A stretch of 60,765 nucleotides of DNA from Actinomycetota bacterium. Its GTDB lineage: Bacteria > Actinomycetota > Acidimicrobiia > Acidimicrobiales > Ilumatobacteraceae. A program made the translations under genes and the position numbers. The notes under the pieces were generated by a model, which was not told the origin of the DNA, made no database searches, and worked only from the letters and a program-made list of their open reading frames with translations. Below are positions 8,570 to 17,514 of the stretch, piece by piece. The stretch lies in NCBI GenBank assembly GCA_005778215.1, contig SXKB01000309.1, forward strand, positions 1-60,765. Direction: 5' to 3'. Numbering within the stretch: the stretch's first letter is position 1; every line of letters starts with the position of its first letter.

Positions 8570-9328
8570 TCACGCGGCGAGCAGCGACTCGGCCGTGCGC
8601 CGCAGCCGGTGCACCAGCGCGTCGCGGAGGTTGGTGACGGTGCGCACACTCACCTCCATCTCGTGCGCGATCTGCGGCGGGGTGGCACCGTCGAGCAGCA
8701 GTGCCAGCAGCTGCTCGTCGCGCGGTGTCAGCGACGTGCAGCGCGCGACCGCCACCAGTTCGGCGAGCGTCTCCACCGGGTCGTCGTGATGCACCGGCCG
8801 GTCGAAGTGGTCGGTGGGGTGCAACTCGGGCACCACGGTGGCACGGTACGGGCGGACGAACGCGTGGTACTCGGCGTCGCGCAGGAGACTGGCAGCCAGG
8901 TGGTGCGGGCGCCGCTCGAGCGGGTAGGTGCGCACCACCTGCCAGGCGGCGGTGACCACCTCCTCGAGTGCCATCGCACCGCCTTCGGGTCGGCGAGCCC
9001 AGCGCCGAGCGGCCGCAATCAGGCCGGGCATCATGCGCTGCAGCACCACCCGTGCGGCCAGGTCGTCGTGCCGGGCGAGCGCCACCAGGTGGCGCAGCAC
9101 GGCGTCGGGCGAGGGGCCGGAGCCGGCGGGCGCGGTGGGGCGCTGCCGGAACGAGCGCCGCAGGCCGGCCGCCACGGCGAGGTCGTCGAGCGACCGGAAC
9201 GGCACCCCGAGCTGCCAGGCGGCGGCCCGGCGGAGCACGGCGGGGCGGTGAGCGAGCACGTCCCATTCCCGCTGCAGGCGGGCCATGAACGTGGGCGGAA
9301 CGGACGAGGGGTGGGGGAACGAGGTCAT
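8570..9328 (-). CDS. Sigma-70-like / LuxR-type HTH regulator
   Basis: The C-terminus LTPRDEQLLALLLDGATPPQIAHEMEVSVRTVTNLRDALVHRLR is a region-4/LuxR-like HTH. The central part (EEVVTAAWQVVRTYPLERR...LLRDAEYHAF) is reminiscent of ECF region 2. The start is at the ATG encoding MTSFPHPSS. The rest of the 680-aa track ORF is Arg/Pro-rich shadow sequence. Confidence 0.7.
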   Translation of the reverse strand: MTSFPHPSSVPPTFMARLQREWDVLAHRPAVLRRAAAWQLGVPFRSLDDLAVAAGLRRSFRQRPTAPAGSGPSPDAVLRHLVALARHDDLAARVVLQRMMPGLIAAARRWARRPEGGAMALEEVVTAAWQVVRTYPLERRPHHLAASLLRDAEYHAFVRPYRATVVPELHPTDHFDRPVHHDDPVETLAELVAVARCTSLTPRDEQLLALLLDGATPPQIAHEMEVSVRTVTNLRDALVHRLRRTAESLLAA

Positions 9329-9453
9329 GCCCGCAGCGTCCGCGCGGCCGTTCACCGGGCGGCTCACCGATGGCCTCACCGAGGCGCTCATCCCCAGGTC
9401 ATCGGGCAGATTTCTCTGCCGATCGGCCCGGTGAGTCGTCGTCAGTGAGGGTG

Positions 9454-12400
9454 ATGAACTGGTACTGCACCTGGCACACCGGCCCCGACGCGGGTGACTC
9501 GCACCACCTGGCCGAGGGCCGTCACCTCGTGGGCCGCGCCCACACCGCAGGCGTCCGCTGCGACGACCCGGCCCTCCTTCCCCACCACGTCGTGCTGGAG
9601 GTGCGGCCCGACGGCTCGTTGTGCGCCGAGCAACTGGCCGGCCGGGTGCCGGTGCGCCACGCCGATGGACGATCGCTGCGGGAGGGCGCCGCCGACCTGC
9701 ACGACGGGTCAGTGCTGGAGGTGGGGTCGAGCCTGCTGATGGTCCGGCGCGGCACGCCCCCGACGGTGGCCCCGGCGACGGTGCGGACCGACGGCAGCCT
9801 GGTGCGCGCCCCGCGCGCCGTGCCGCGTTGGGAACCCGCGTGCCCGGCGCCGCCCGAACCGTTGCGCCTCGACGACGAGCCGGTGGGCGGGCTGATGCCG
9901 GCATTGTTGGGCGTGGCGGGTGCCGCGGTGATGGCGGTGCTGCTGCACCAGCTGATGTTCCTGCTGTTCGGCGTGATGGGTGCGTTGGTGGCGGTGGGCA
10001 GTTGGGTGGCGCAACACGTCGCGCGTCGTCGACGCCACGCCCGCGACCGGCACCAGCACGAACTTGCCCAGCACGTGCACCATGAGGCGTGCGCCGCCGA
10101 CCGCGCAGCATTCGTGGCGGCCCATCTCGCCACCGTGCCCTCCCCTGCGACGGCGCGCGCCGCGCTGGCGGACGGCGGCGATGCCACGGTGTGGTCGCGG
10201 CGGGCCGATCACGGTGACGCGTTCGTGGTGTCGGTGGCGCGAGGCGCGGTCGCGCATCCGGCGCTCGGCGAGCCGGTGGCCGACCTGCCCGTGCCGCTGG
10301 CGTTGGGCCCCGGGGCGCGGGTGGCGTGCACCGGGCCCGGCGCGCACGGTGTGGCCCGCGCAGCGGTGGTGCAGTTGGCCACCATGACCGGGCCGGCCGA
10401 GGTGCGCATGGTGGTGGTGACCCGCCATCCCGAGCGGTGGGCGTGCATCGCGACGTTGCCGCACCTGCAGCTGCCCGACGGCACCACGGCGGTGGTGGAC
10501 GAACCGCGTCTGGCCGAGGCATTCGAACAGCTCGGCGACACCGTGCCGGTGGTGGTGGTGACCGACGCCGCTGACGCATTGGCCACTCGCACCGGGCAGC
10601 TGCGCCGGGCACTCGACGACCGCGTCGCGTTGCTCGCGGTGCTGCCCGACGACGCTGCGCCGCAGCTGTGCACCTCGGTGCTCACGTTGCAGCACGGGCC
10701 GATGGCGCGGTGGGTGCCCGACACGGTGGCCACACTGCTGCCCGAGCCGGTGCGCGTGACGGCGATGAGCGAACGGACCGCCGCCGAGTGCGCCGCCGTG
10801 CTGGCGGCGTGGCGCGACCCGGAGGATCCGCTCACCGCGCACCGCCTGCCGCGCGACGTCATCCTGGCCGACGTGGTCGACGGGCTCACGGTCGACGACG
10901 TGCGTCGACGGTGGCGCATCGCGGTGCACGAGGCGCGTACTCCCATCGGCACCGCGGCCGACGGCATGGTCGACCTCGATCTGGTGCGCGACGGCCCGCA
11001 CGGCCTGCTGGCCGGCACCACGGGATCGGGCAAGAGCGAGCTGTTGCGGTCGTTGGTGGCTGGGCTCGCGTTGCACGTGCCGCCTCACCGGCTGCAGATG
11101 GTGCTGATCGACTACAAGGGTGGCGCCACGTTCGACGCGCTGCTGCCGCTGCCGCACGTGGTGGGTGTGGTGACCGACCTCGACGACACGTTGGCCGATC
11201 GTGCGCTGCGCAGCCTGCAGGCCGAGTTGCGACGCCGTGAGCAGTTGCTGCGCGAGCACGGCGTGGCCGAGCTCGCCGGGCTGCGCGACCACGCGCCCGA
11301 GGTTGTCCTGCCGAGGTTGCTGGTGGTGATCGACGAGTTCGCCGCGTTGGTGCAGGAGCAGCCCGACTTCCTCCATGCGCTCGTGGGCGTGGCCCAGCGA
11401 GGGCGCAGCCTGGGCGTGCACCTGCTGCTCGCGACGCAGCGACCGAACGGGGTGATCAGCGACGACATCCGCGCCAACACCGAGCTACGGCTGGCATTGC
11501 GGCTGCTCGACTCGGCCGACGCCATCGATGTGGTGGGCGACGCCCGGCCGGCACACCTGCCGCGCTCGGTGCCGGGCCGCGCGGTGATGCGGCTCGGTGC
11601 GGCCGAGCACCTCGAGTTCCAGGCCGCGCGGGTGGGCGACGTTGCAGCAGTCGTGACCGCGGTGTGCGAGGCCGCGGCGCTGGACGACGTGGTTGCGGGT
11701 GCACCGCCGTGGGTGCCGCCGCTGCCGGCGCGCCTGTCGCGTCGCGACGTGGCGGCGGGCGCGTTGGGCCGGTGCGACGACCCCGATCGACAGCGGTACG
11801 TCGACCTGCGCTGGCAACCCGACGACGGCCACCTGGTGGTGGCTGGCGCGACGGGCAGCGGAGTGTCGTCCACCCTGCGCACGGTGACCGCACACCTGCT
11901 GGCCTCCACCCCTCATCACGTCTACGTGTTGAGCGCGCACGACGATGCGGCGTGGCTCGCGATGGCCACGCATCCACGGTGCGAGGTGGTGCCGCTGGCC
12001 GACGCCGAGCGCACGATGCGGTTGCTGCGTCGGGTGCTGCAGCGGCACCGCACGCCCGAGGCGGTGAAGTCCGTGCTCATGGTGGACGGGCTCGACGTGG
12101 TGCGGCGTTCGCTCGACGACGTGGCGACGGGCGACCAGTACGACGCGCTCGAGTCGGTGCTGGCCACCGACGGCGGCGTGACGGTGGTGGCGGGCACCAC
12201 CAACCCGGTGGCCGTGTCGTCGGCGTTGCTGGCGCGCACCGCACACCGGTGGGTGCACCACCTGCCCGACGCGCACGATGCCGCAGCCTGGGGTGTGGCG
12301 GCGCGCGACGTGCCCGGCCCGGTGCCGGGTCGGGTGGTGGTGCTGCCCGGCGGGTTGCAGGCGCAGGTGGTGGCACCGGCCACCGTCCAGGCGGTCGCGC

Positions 12401-13119
12401 GCGAACGCGCAGGTTCGGGTGCAGTGCCCATCGAGCGCATCGTGGCGGTACCCGACGAGGTGGGCGACGACGTGCTGCCCGCCGGCTGTCGGGTGGACGG
12501 CGATGCGGTCCTCCCAGTGGGGGTCGACGTGGCGGCGGGAGCACCAGCCGCGCTCACGGTGCCCGAGGGCGATCACGTGTTGATCGTGGGCGGCAGCCGT
12601 TCGGGGCGCAGCACGCTCCTCGGCCGTTTGGCGGTGGCGTGGCGGGAAGCGCATCCGCACGGTCGGGTGGTGGCGGTGTTGCCACGACGGTCGGCGTTCC
12701 CGGTGGCGGTTGCCGATCGGGTGGTGCGGCGCGGCGGGCAGGTCGACGTGCTCGAGGTGCGCGACGGCCCGTGGCTCGTGGTGGTGGATGACGCCGAGCT
12801 GATCGACGACGCGTCTGGCTCGCTGGGCCGGTGGGTTGCCGCACGCACGGGCGACTGCACGGTGATGGCCGCCGCACGGGCCGATGCGTTGCGGCACCAG
12901 TACGGTCACTGGACCGGTGGCATTCGCCAGGGGCGGGTGGGGTTGGTGGCCGCAGCCAACGCCGACTCGGACGGCGAGTTGCTGGGCGCGATGCTGCCAC
13001 GGCGTGTGCCGGTGCGTGTGCGGCCCGGGTTGTGGTGGGTGCTCGACCACGACGGGCCGAGGCTGGCGCAGGTGGCACGGCCTGCGGGGCGGTCCCTTCG
13101 CCGGCAGACCGCGCTGTAG
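9454..13119 (+). CDS. FtsK/SpoIIIE-family triple ATPase with EccC/EssC-like layout and an N-terminal FHA-like domain
   Basis: GAGG lies 4 nt before ATG 9454. There is an FHA-like N-terminus (HLVGR...HHVVLEV...GSVLEVGSSLLMV), two TM helices and a degenerate NBD. Three P-loop modules follow: GTTGSGKSE with LVVIDEF and LLLATQRP; GATGSGVSS; GGSRSGRST with LVVVDDAE. Confidence 0.9.
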   Translation: MNWYCTWHTGPDAGDSHHLAEGRHLVGRAHTAGVRCDDPALLPHHVVLEVRPDGSLCAEQLAGRVPVRHADGRSLREGAADLHDGSVLEVGSSLLMVRRGTPPTVAPATVRTDGSLVRAPRAVPRWEPACPAPPEPLRLDDEPVGGLMPALLGVAGAAVMAVLLHQLMFLLFGVMGALVAVGSWVAQHVARRRRHARDRHQHELAQHVHHEACAADRAAFVAAHLATVPSPATARAALADGGDATVWSRRADHGDAFVVSVARGAVAHPALGEPVADLPVPLALGPGARVACTGPGAHGVARAAVVQLATMTGPAEVRMVVVTRHPERWACIATLPHLQLPDGTTAVVDEPRLAEAFEQLGDTVPVVVVTDAADALATRTGQLRRALDDRVALLAVLPDDAAPQLCTSVLTLQHGPMARWVPDTVATLLPEPVRVTAMSERTAAECAAVLAAWRDPEDPLTAHRLPRDVILADVVDGLTVDDVRRRWRIAVHEARTPIGTAADGMVDLDLVRDGPHGLLAGTTGSGKSELLRSLVAGLALHVPPHRLQMVLIDYKGGATFDALLPLPHVVGVVTDLDDTLADRALRSLQAELRRREQLLREHGVAELAGLRDHAPEVVLPRLLVVIDEFAALVQEQPDFLHALVGVAQRGRSLGVHLLLATQRPNGVISDDIRANTELRLALRLLDSADAIDVVGDARPAHLPRSVPGRAVMRLGAAEHLEFQAARVGDVAAVVTAVCEAAALDDVVAGAPPWVPPLPARLSRRDVAAGALGRCDDPDRQRYVDLRWQPDDGHLVVAGATGSGVSSTLRTVTAHLLASTPHHVYVLSAHDDAAWLAMATHPRCEVVPLADAERTMRLLRRVLQRHRTPEAVKSVLMVDGLDVVRRSLDDVATGDQYDALESVLATDGGVTVVAGTTNPVAVSSALLARTAHRWVHHLPDAHDAAAWGVAARDVPGPVPGRVVVLPGGLQAQVVAPATVQAVARERAGSGAVPIERIVAVPDEVGDDVLPAGCRVDGDAVLPVGVDVAAGAPAALTVPEGDHVLIVGGSRSGRSTLLGRLAVAWREAHPHGRVVAVLPRRSAFPVAVADRVVRRGGQVDVLEVRDGPWLVVVDDAELIDDASGSLGRWVAARTGDCTVMAAARADALRHQYGHWTGGIRQGRVGLVAAANADSDGELLGAMLPRRVPVRVRPGLWWVLDHDGPRLAQVARPAGRSLRRQTAL

Positions 13120-13129
13120 CGTGCGGCGC

Positions 13130-14071
13130 ATGGACGAGACCAGCCCGCAGTGGGCCGCCCCGTCGGGCGACCCTGCACTTCCCCTTCAGCCCATGGCAGC
13201 CCCCGAGCCGCCGTCGTCGGGCGAGGCCGCCGACGCTGCGACGCCGATCACGTCGGTGGTCATCGAGGAGGCGCCGAAGAAGTCGCGCAAAGGGCTGGTG
13301 GCTGCGGTCGCGATCGTGGTGATCGCGGCGCTCGGCGTGGGCGGTTTCCTGCTGGCGACGGGCGGCGACGACGACTCGTTCTCGTTGGAGGCGGCCGTGG
13401 TGCGCGCAGGAGAGGCAGCGGGCACCGAGTCGAAGATCATCACCGAGGCGATGGGCCAGGAGGTGAGCATCACTGCCGAGATGGGCAACACGTCGAAGGT
13501 GATGCACATGGAGATGAACCTCGGCGAGTCGCCGTTGGGCGACCTGTCGTTGGAGGCCATCCTCGACGGGCCGAACGAGACCATCTACATCGGTGCTGAG
13601 TTCTTCACACAGATGATGCCCGAGGAGATCGACGCCGAGTGGCTGAAGATGGACCGGGCGGCGATGGACGCAGCGGGTGAGGACACCAGCTTCTTCGACC
13701 AGATCGACGGCAGTGCACAGCTCGACCAGTCGGCGATGGTGAAGAACGCGAAGTCGATCACCGACCTGGGCATGGAGGAGTTCGAGGGCGAGCAGGTGAA
13801 GCACTACGAGGTGGTGCTCTCCACCGCCGACCTCGCCGAGGTGGACGGCATCCTGCAGGGTCAGATCGAGTCGATGGAGGGAGATCTTCCCGACGAGATC
13901 GTGTACGACATGTACGTCACGAAGGACAACGAAGTGCGCCGGGTCACCAGTGCCATCGACTTCGGCATCACGAAGGTGAAGGTCGACATGGTGCAGCACC
14001 TGCTCGACGAGGAGCCGGTGATCGAGATCCCGTCGGGTGACGACGTCATCGACATCGCCGAACTCATGTGA
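13130..14071 (+). CDS. Single-pass membrane protein with an acidic ectodomain (LppX/LprG-like fold is only a guess)
   Basis: It starts 11 nt after the ATPase stop. It has a Pro-rich cytoplasmic tail, the TM LVAAVAIVVIAALGVGGFLL, and a ~230-aa Asp/Glu-rich C-terminal domain. Confidence 0.7.
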   Translation: MDETSPQWAAPSGDPALPLQPMAAPEPPSSGEAADAATPITSVVIEEAPKKSRKGLVAAVAIVVIAALGVGGFLLATGGDDDSFSLEAAVVRAGEAAGTESKIITEAMGQEVSITAEMGNTSKVMHMEMNLGESPLGDLSLEAILDGPNETIYIGAEFFTQMMPEEIDAEWLKMDRAAMDAAGEDTSFFDQIDGSAQLDQSAMVKNAKSITDLGMEEFEGEQVKHYEVVLSTADLAEVDGILQGQIESMEGDLPDEIVYDMYVTKDNEVRRVTSAIDFGITKVKVDMVQHLLDEEPVIEIPSGDDVIDIAELM

Positions 14072-15308
14072 CCGAAGCCGCCCACCTCGCGAGTGCGGCG
14101 GTGGCGGCCAGGGCGATCGCTTCGTCGTTGCCGTGATGGTGGCGTGACACCGCGGTGCCGGCGATGAGGCCGGCCACCACCGGAGCGCCCACGCCGTCGG
14201 TGAGGTCGAGCCATTCGCCCCAGCTGGCGGGATGGTCGTACCAGCGCAGATAACCAGAGGGCGACACCGGCCACCACCGTTCGTCGAACCGCAACACCAC
14301 CTTCTCCACCACGCCGGGCACCAGCCGTTGGATCGCCGCAAGCTGCGCTGCGGGCAGGCCGGGGGTGAGCGTCAGTTCGGGCGCGAGCCACACGGGAATG
14401 GTGCAGATGCAACGATCTGCGCGGTGGATCTCGCCGCTCGCGGTGCGCACCTCCACACCGTCGGCATGCCAGGTAACGCCGCGCACGGGAGTGCCGAGCC
14501 GGATGTCGACGCCGTTCGCCAGCCGTTGCTGGAGCGCGGTGTAGCCGCCGGGCAGCCAGCGGTCGCCCACGCCCACGCCGGGTTCCTCGAGTGCGGTGCG
14601 GGCAGCCAGCAGGTGGGGCGGCGCCGGGTTCTCGAGCTCGAGCTCCAGGTCCACCGCATGTTGGGCGTCGCGCCGTTGGGAGGGTGTGAGCGCGGCAAGG
14701 TACGCAGGCAGCACGTCGGCGACGGTGGCGTCGGCGGGCGCAATGGCGAGGTGCGCAGCGAGCGCGGCGTGGGCAGCGGCCACGTCGCCCACCGGGCCAT
14801 CGGCGGCGGCGGCGAGCGGACGGTGGAAGTCGGTGGGCACGCTGCGCAGCCCCCACTGATCGGCCAGTCGGGCGAGCGAGTTGGTGGGGCCCTGCTGCAG
14901 CCAGGCCGCCCCGGCGTCGGCGTGCACGTCGCGCCCGAGCGCCACGGTGTGGGCGCGGCCGCCGATGCGGTCGCGCGCTTCGAGCACCACCACCTCGGCA
15001 CCGAGGTCGATGGCCGTGCGGGCGGCACCGAGGCCGGCGAACCCGGCGCCGATCACGGCGATGCGACGCGCACCACCGTCGATGGCCCATCGTGCGGCGC
15101 GGACACCCTCGTCGTACGCGCCGTGCGTCATCGACGGGGCGACCGGGTTGGTGGCGTCGCCGGCGAGCACGAACCGGTCGTCGACAGGCGTGCCGGCGGT
15201 GGCGCGGTCGGTCGTGCTGCCGCCCACACCGAGCGACGTCCACGACCCTCGCGACCACTGGTCGGTGCCCCAGTGGGTGACGTGCCAGGCGACCGGTGCG
15301 GGGTGCAT
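14064..15308 (-). CDS. Flavin-containing amine oxidase family protein, apparently circularly permuted
   Basis: IAVIGAGFAGLGAARTAIDLGAEVVVLEARDRIGGR (the dinucleotide-binding motif) is preceded by THWGTDQWSRGSWTS...RFVLAGDAT...HGAYDEGVRAA, which is the family's usual C-terminal segment. See findings. Confidence 0.85.
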   Translation of the reverse strand: MHPAPVAWHVTHWGTDQWSRGSWTSLGVGGSTTDRATAGTPVDDRFVLAGDATNPVAPSMTHGAYDEGVRAARWAIDGGARRIAVIGAGFAGLGAARTAIDLGAEVVVLEARDRIGGRAHTVALGRDVHADAGAAWLQQGPTNSLARLADQWGLRSVPTDFHRPLAAAADGPVGDVAAAHAALAAHLAIAPADATVADVLPAYLAALTPSQRRDAQHAVDLELELENPAPPHLLAARTALEEPGVGVGDRWLPGGYTALQQRLANGVDIRLGTPVRGVTWHADGVEVRTASGEIHRADRCICTIPVWLAPELTLTPGLPAAQLAAIQRLVPGVVEKVVLRFDERWWPVSPSGYLRWYDHPASWGEWLDLTDGVGAPVVAGLIAGTAVSRHHHGNDEAIALAATAALARWAASVT

Positions 15309-15364
15309 GGCGGCGAGTCTGCCCGACTGCCACGGGGTGGGACGCGCCAGTAGGCTCCCGCCCG

Positions 15365-16441
15365 ATGAAGCGGACGACCTCTCCTGCACGCCGGTTCGCG
15401 CGTGCCCTCGCACCCGTCACCCTCGCCGCGCTCGCGCTGGCCGCATGCGGCAGCTCCAGTTCGGAGTCGCCGTCCACCAGCATCCTGGTGGCACCGAAGA
15501 TCACGGTCACGTCGGTGAAGGGCGATCCGCGCAGCCAGTTGTTCGCGGCCATCTACGCCCGAGTGTTGGAGGACAACGGCTATCGCGTCTCGCGCAAGGA
15601 TCCGGTGGAGCTCGATCGTGCCGGCTATCTCGATGCGTTGGCGGCGGGCGAGTTCCAGGTCATCCCCGACAGCACGGGTGCGCTGCTGAGCTTCGCCTAC
15701 TCCCAGCCCGACGCGCCGGTGGCGCCCACCACGGTGGTGCCCGATGCGCCGGCCAGCACGGTGGCACCCGTCACCACGCCCACCCCCGACACGAGCGGCG
15801 CGAGCACCACGGCGGCCGCCGCCACCAGCACCACCGCGGCGGCCACCATCACGAACGGGCGGTCGGTGGCCGAGCAGCTGATCGCCATCCGTGCAGTGCT
15901 CGACGAAGCGGTCACGGTGGGCAACCCCACACAGGCCGAGGACAAGGCGGTCATCGCGTGTACGCAGGCCACCGTCGACCAGTTCGAGGACTCGCAGTTC
16001 GTGACGCTCACGAACCTGGCGTCGAACGCGCCGCAGATCCGCCTGGCCGGTTCGGCCGAGTGGCGTGACGACACCGAGGCCGGCCTGCCGGCGCTCGAGC
16101 TGTACTACGGCGGCGAGTTCCAGAGCATCGACACGGTGGAGGAGGCCGACATGGCCGCGGCCATCGACGACGATGCGGCCGACTGCTTCGCGTTGGGTTC
16201 GATGAACCCGGTGATCACCACGAAGCGCCTCACGATCCTGCAGGACGACAAGGCGATGGTGCGTGGCAACGCGTGGGTGCCGTTGATGGCGGCCACCATC
16301 GCGAACGCCGACGTGATCACGGCGCTCGATTCGGTGAACGTGGCGCTCACCAGCAACCGCCTGAACCAGATGTTCAACGAGATCGAGCAGAACGGCACCG
16401 ACCCCGCCGTCGTCGCCGACGCCTTCCTCGACACCCTCTGA
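15365..16441 (+). CDS. Glycine-betaine/osmoprotectant-type ABC substrate-binding lipoprotein (OpuAC-like)
   Basis: It has the lipobox LAACGS. OpuAC-like segments are present (GDPRSQLFAAIYARVLEDNGY..., AGEFQVIPDSTGALL, ...LQDDKAMVRGNAWVPL). A Pro/Thr/Ala-rich insert of about 50 aa sits in the middle. Confidence 0.8.
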   Translation: MKRTTSPARRFARALAPVTLAALALAACGSSSSESPSTSILVAPKITVTSVKGDPRSQLFAAIYARVLEDNGYRVSRKDPVELDRAGYLDALAAGEFQVIPDSTGALLSFAYSQPDAPVAPTTVVPDAPASTVAPVTTPTPDTSGASTTAAAATSTTAAATITNGRSVAEQLIAIRAVLDEAVTVGNPTQAEDKAVIACTQATVDQFEDSQFVTLTNLASNAPQIRLAGSAEWRDDTEAGLPALELYYGGEFQSIDTVEEADMAAAIDDDAADCFALGSMNPVITTKRLTILQDDKAMVRGNAWVPLMAATIANADVITALDSVNVALTSNRLNQMFNEIEQNGTDPAVVADAFLDTL

Positions 16442-16491
16442 GCCGCGCCGTCGTCGGAGCGGCGACGCCCGGTCCAGCCCGACTCGAGCGC

Positions 16492-16541
16492 TTCTGGGCA
16501 TGCCCAGAATGACCCCGGGGTGCTTCTGGGCATGCCCAGAA
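16492..16541. repeat. 50-bp double palindrome, left copy
   Basis: TTCTGGGCATGCCCAGAA-TGACCCCGGGGTGC-TTCTGGGCATGCCCAGAA. Both 18-mers are perfect palindromes, and the second extends to 20 bp (16523-16542). Their centres are 32 bp apart. Confidence 0.95.
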
Positions 16542-16557
16542 GTCGACCGCGTGGGAA

Positions 16558-17418
16558 ATGGTCGGGTGTCACCCCGCCATCGCGGGTTGGTCGCGTCGAC
16601 GGTCGATGGTTGACTGCGCGGGCATGGCTCGCCCTGCACCTCGCCTCCACGACCCACGGCTCGCGGCGCGACACCTCGACGAGCTCACCGCCATCATCGA
16701 CCGTGTCGGCCCGCCCGTCTGGATCGCCGGCGACACGCTGGCCGCGCTCTACGGCGTCGACGGCAGCACACTCGCCGCGCCGTACTCCTTCGCCGTCCCC
16801 CGCGGACGGGCACCTCACGTCAATGGCCACCACGTCCATCGCCTGCGCGATGTCTCCCGCCTCGACACCGCCACGGTGCTCGGCCTGCCCGGGTTGTCGG
16901 CCACCCGCCTGCTCATCGAATCCGCCGCCACGAAGGACGCCCGCCAGCTCACCGTGATGCTCGACTCCCTGCTGCGCGACGGGTTCACCAGTGAGGACTT
17001 CCTCCATCGCCGCATCATCGAACTGCGCCGCAAGGGCCGGCCCGGACTCGACCACCTCCTCGCCGTCATGGAGGGAGCCGAGCGCATCCGCGGCGGCCAC
17101 TCGTTCCTCGAGCGCGCCTACCTGTCGTACCTCGGCGAGATCGGCCTGCCCCGGCCCGACACGCAACAGGTGCTCGCCCGCCGCGGCGACACCCTCGTGC
17201 GCGTCGACTGTCACTTCCCCGGCACGAACATCGTGGTCGAACTGCTCGGCTACCGCTGGCACCGCACACAGGAGCAGATGGAGGTCGACGCCGCCCGCGT
17301 GAACGCGCTGCACCTCACCGGTCACGAGGTGTACCAGTTCACCTACGACCAGGTCACCCTGCGCACGTCGACCCTCGTCGACACGATGGCCGCACTCGCG
17401 CCCCGGCTCGTCCGCTGA
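16558..17418 (+). CDS. DUF559 (Vsr-like endonuclease fold) protein with an AbiEi-like N-terminal region
   Basis: The C-terminus reads ...HSFLERAYLSYLGEIGLPRPDTQQVL...VRVDCHFPGTNIVVELLGYRWHRT...DAARVNALHLTGHEVYQFTYDQV, typical of actinobacterial DUF559 proteins. The start is uncertain (ATGs at 16558, 16606, 16624). Confidence 0.8.
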   Translation: MVGCHPAIAGWSRRRSMVDCAGMARPAPRLHDPRLAARHLDELTAIIDRVGPPVWIAGDTLAALYGVDGSTLAAPYSFAVPRGRAPHVNGHHVHRLRDVSRLDTATVLGLPGLSATRLLIESAATKDARQLTVMLDSLLRDGFTSEDFLHRRIIELRRKGRPGLDHLLAVMEGAERIRGGHSFLERAYLSYLGEIGLPRPDTQQVLARRGDTLVRVDCHFPGTNIVVELLGYRWHRTQEQMEVDAARVNALHLTGHEVYQFTYDQVTLRTSTLVDTMAALAPRLVR

Positions 17419-17464
17419 CCCGGCGACGCCACGGCGTCGCCCCCGTCGCCCCCCGATCTCCGGC

Positions 17465-17514
17465 TTCCGGGCATGCCCAGAACGACCCCGGGGTGGTTCT
17501 GGGCATGCCCAGAA
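17465..17514. repeat. 50-bp double palindrome, right copy
   Basis: TTCCGGGCATGCCCAGAA-CGACCCCGGGGTGG-TTCTGGGCATGCCCAGAA. It is 47/50 identical to the left copy. One arm substitution occurs in the first 18-mer. Confidence 0.95.

Noticed and set aside
9454-14071. Calling the region a type VII secretion system.
   Set aside because: Only the EccC/EssC-like ATPase is present. No WXG100, EccB/D/E, mycosin or EssA/B candidates occur nearby, so I report it as an orphan module rather than a T7SS.
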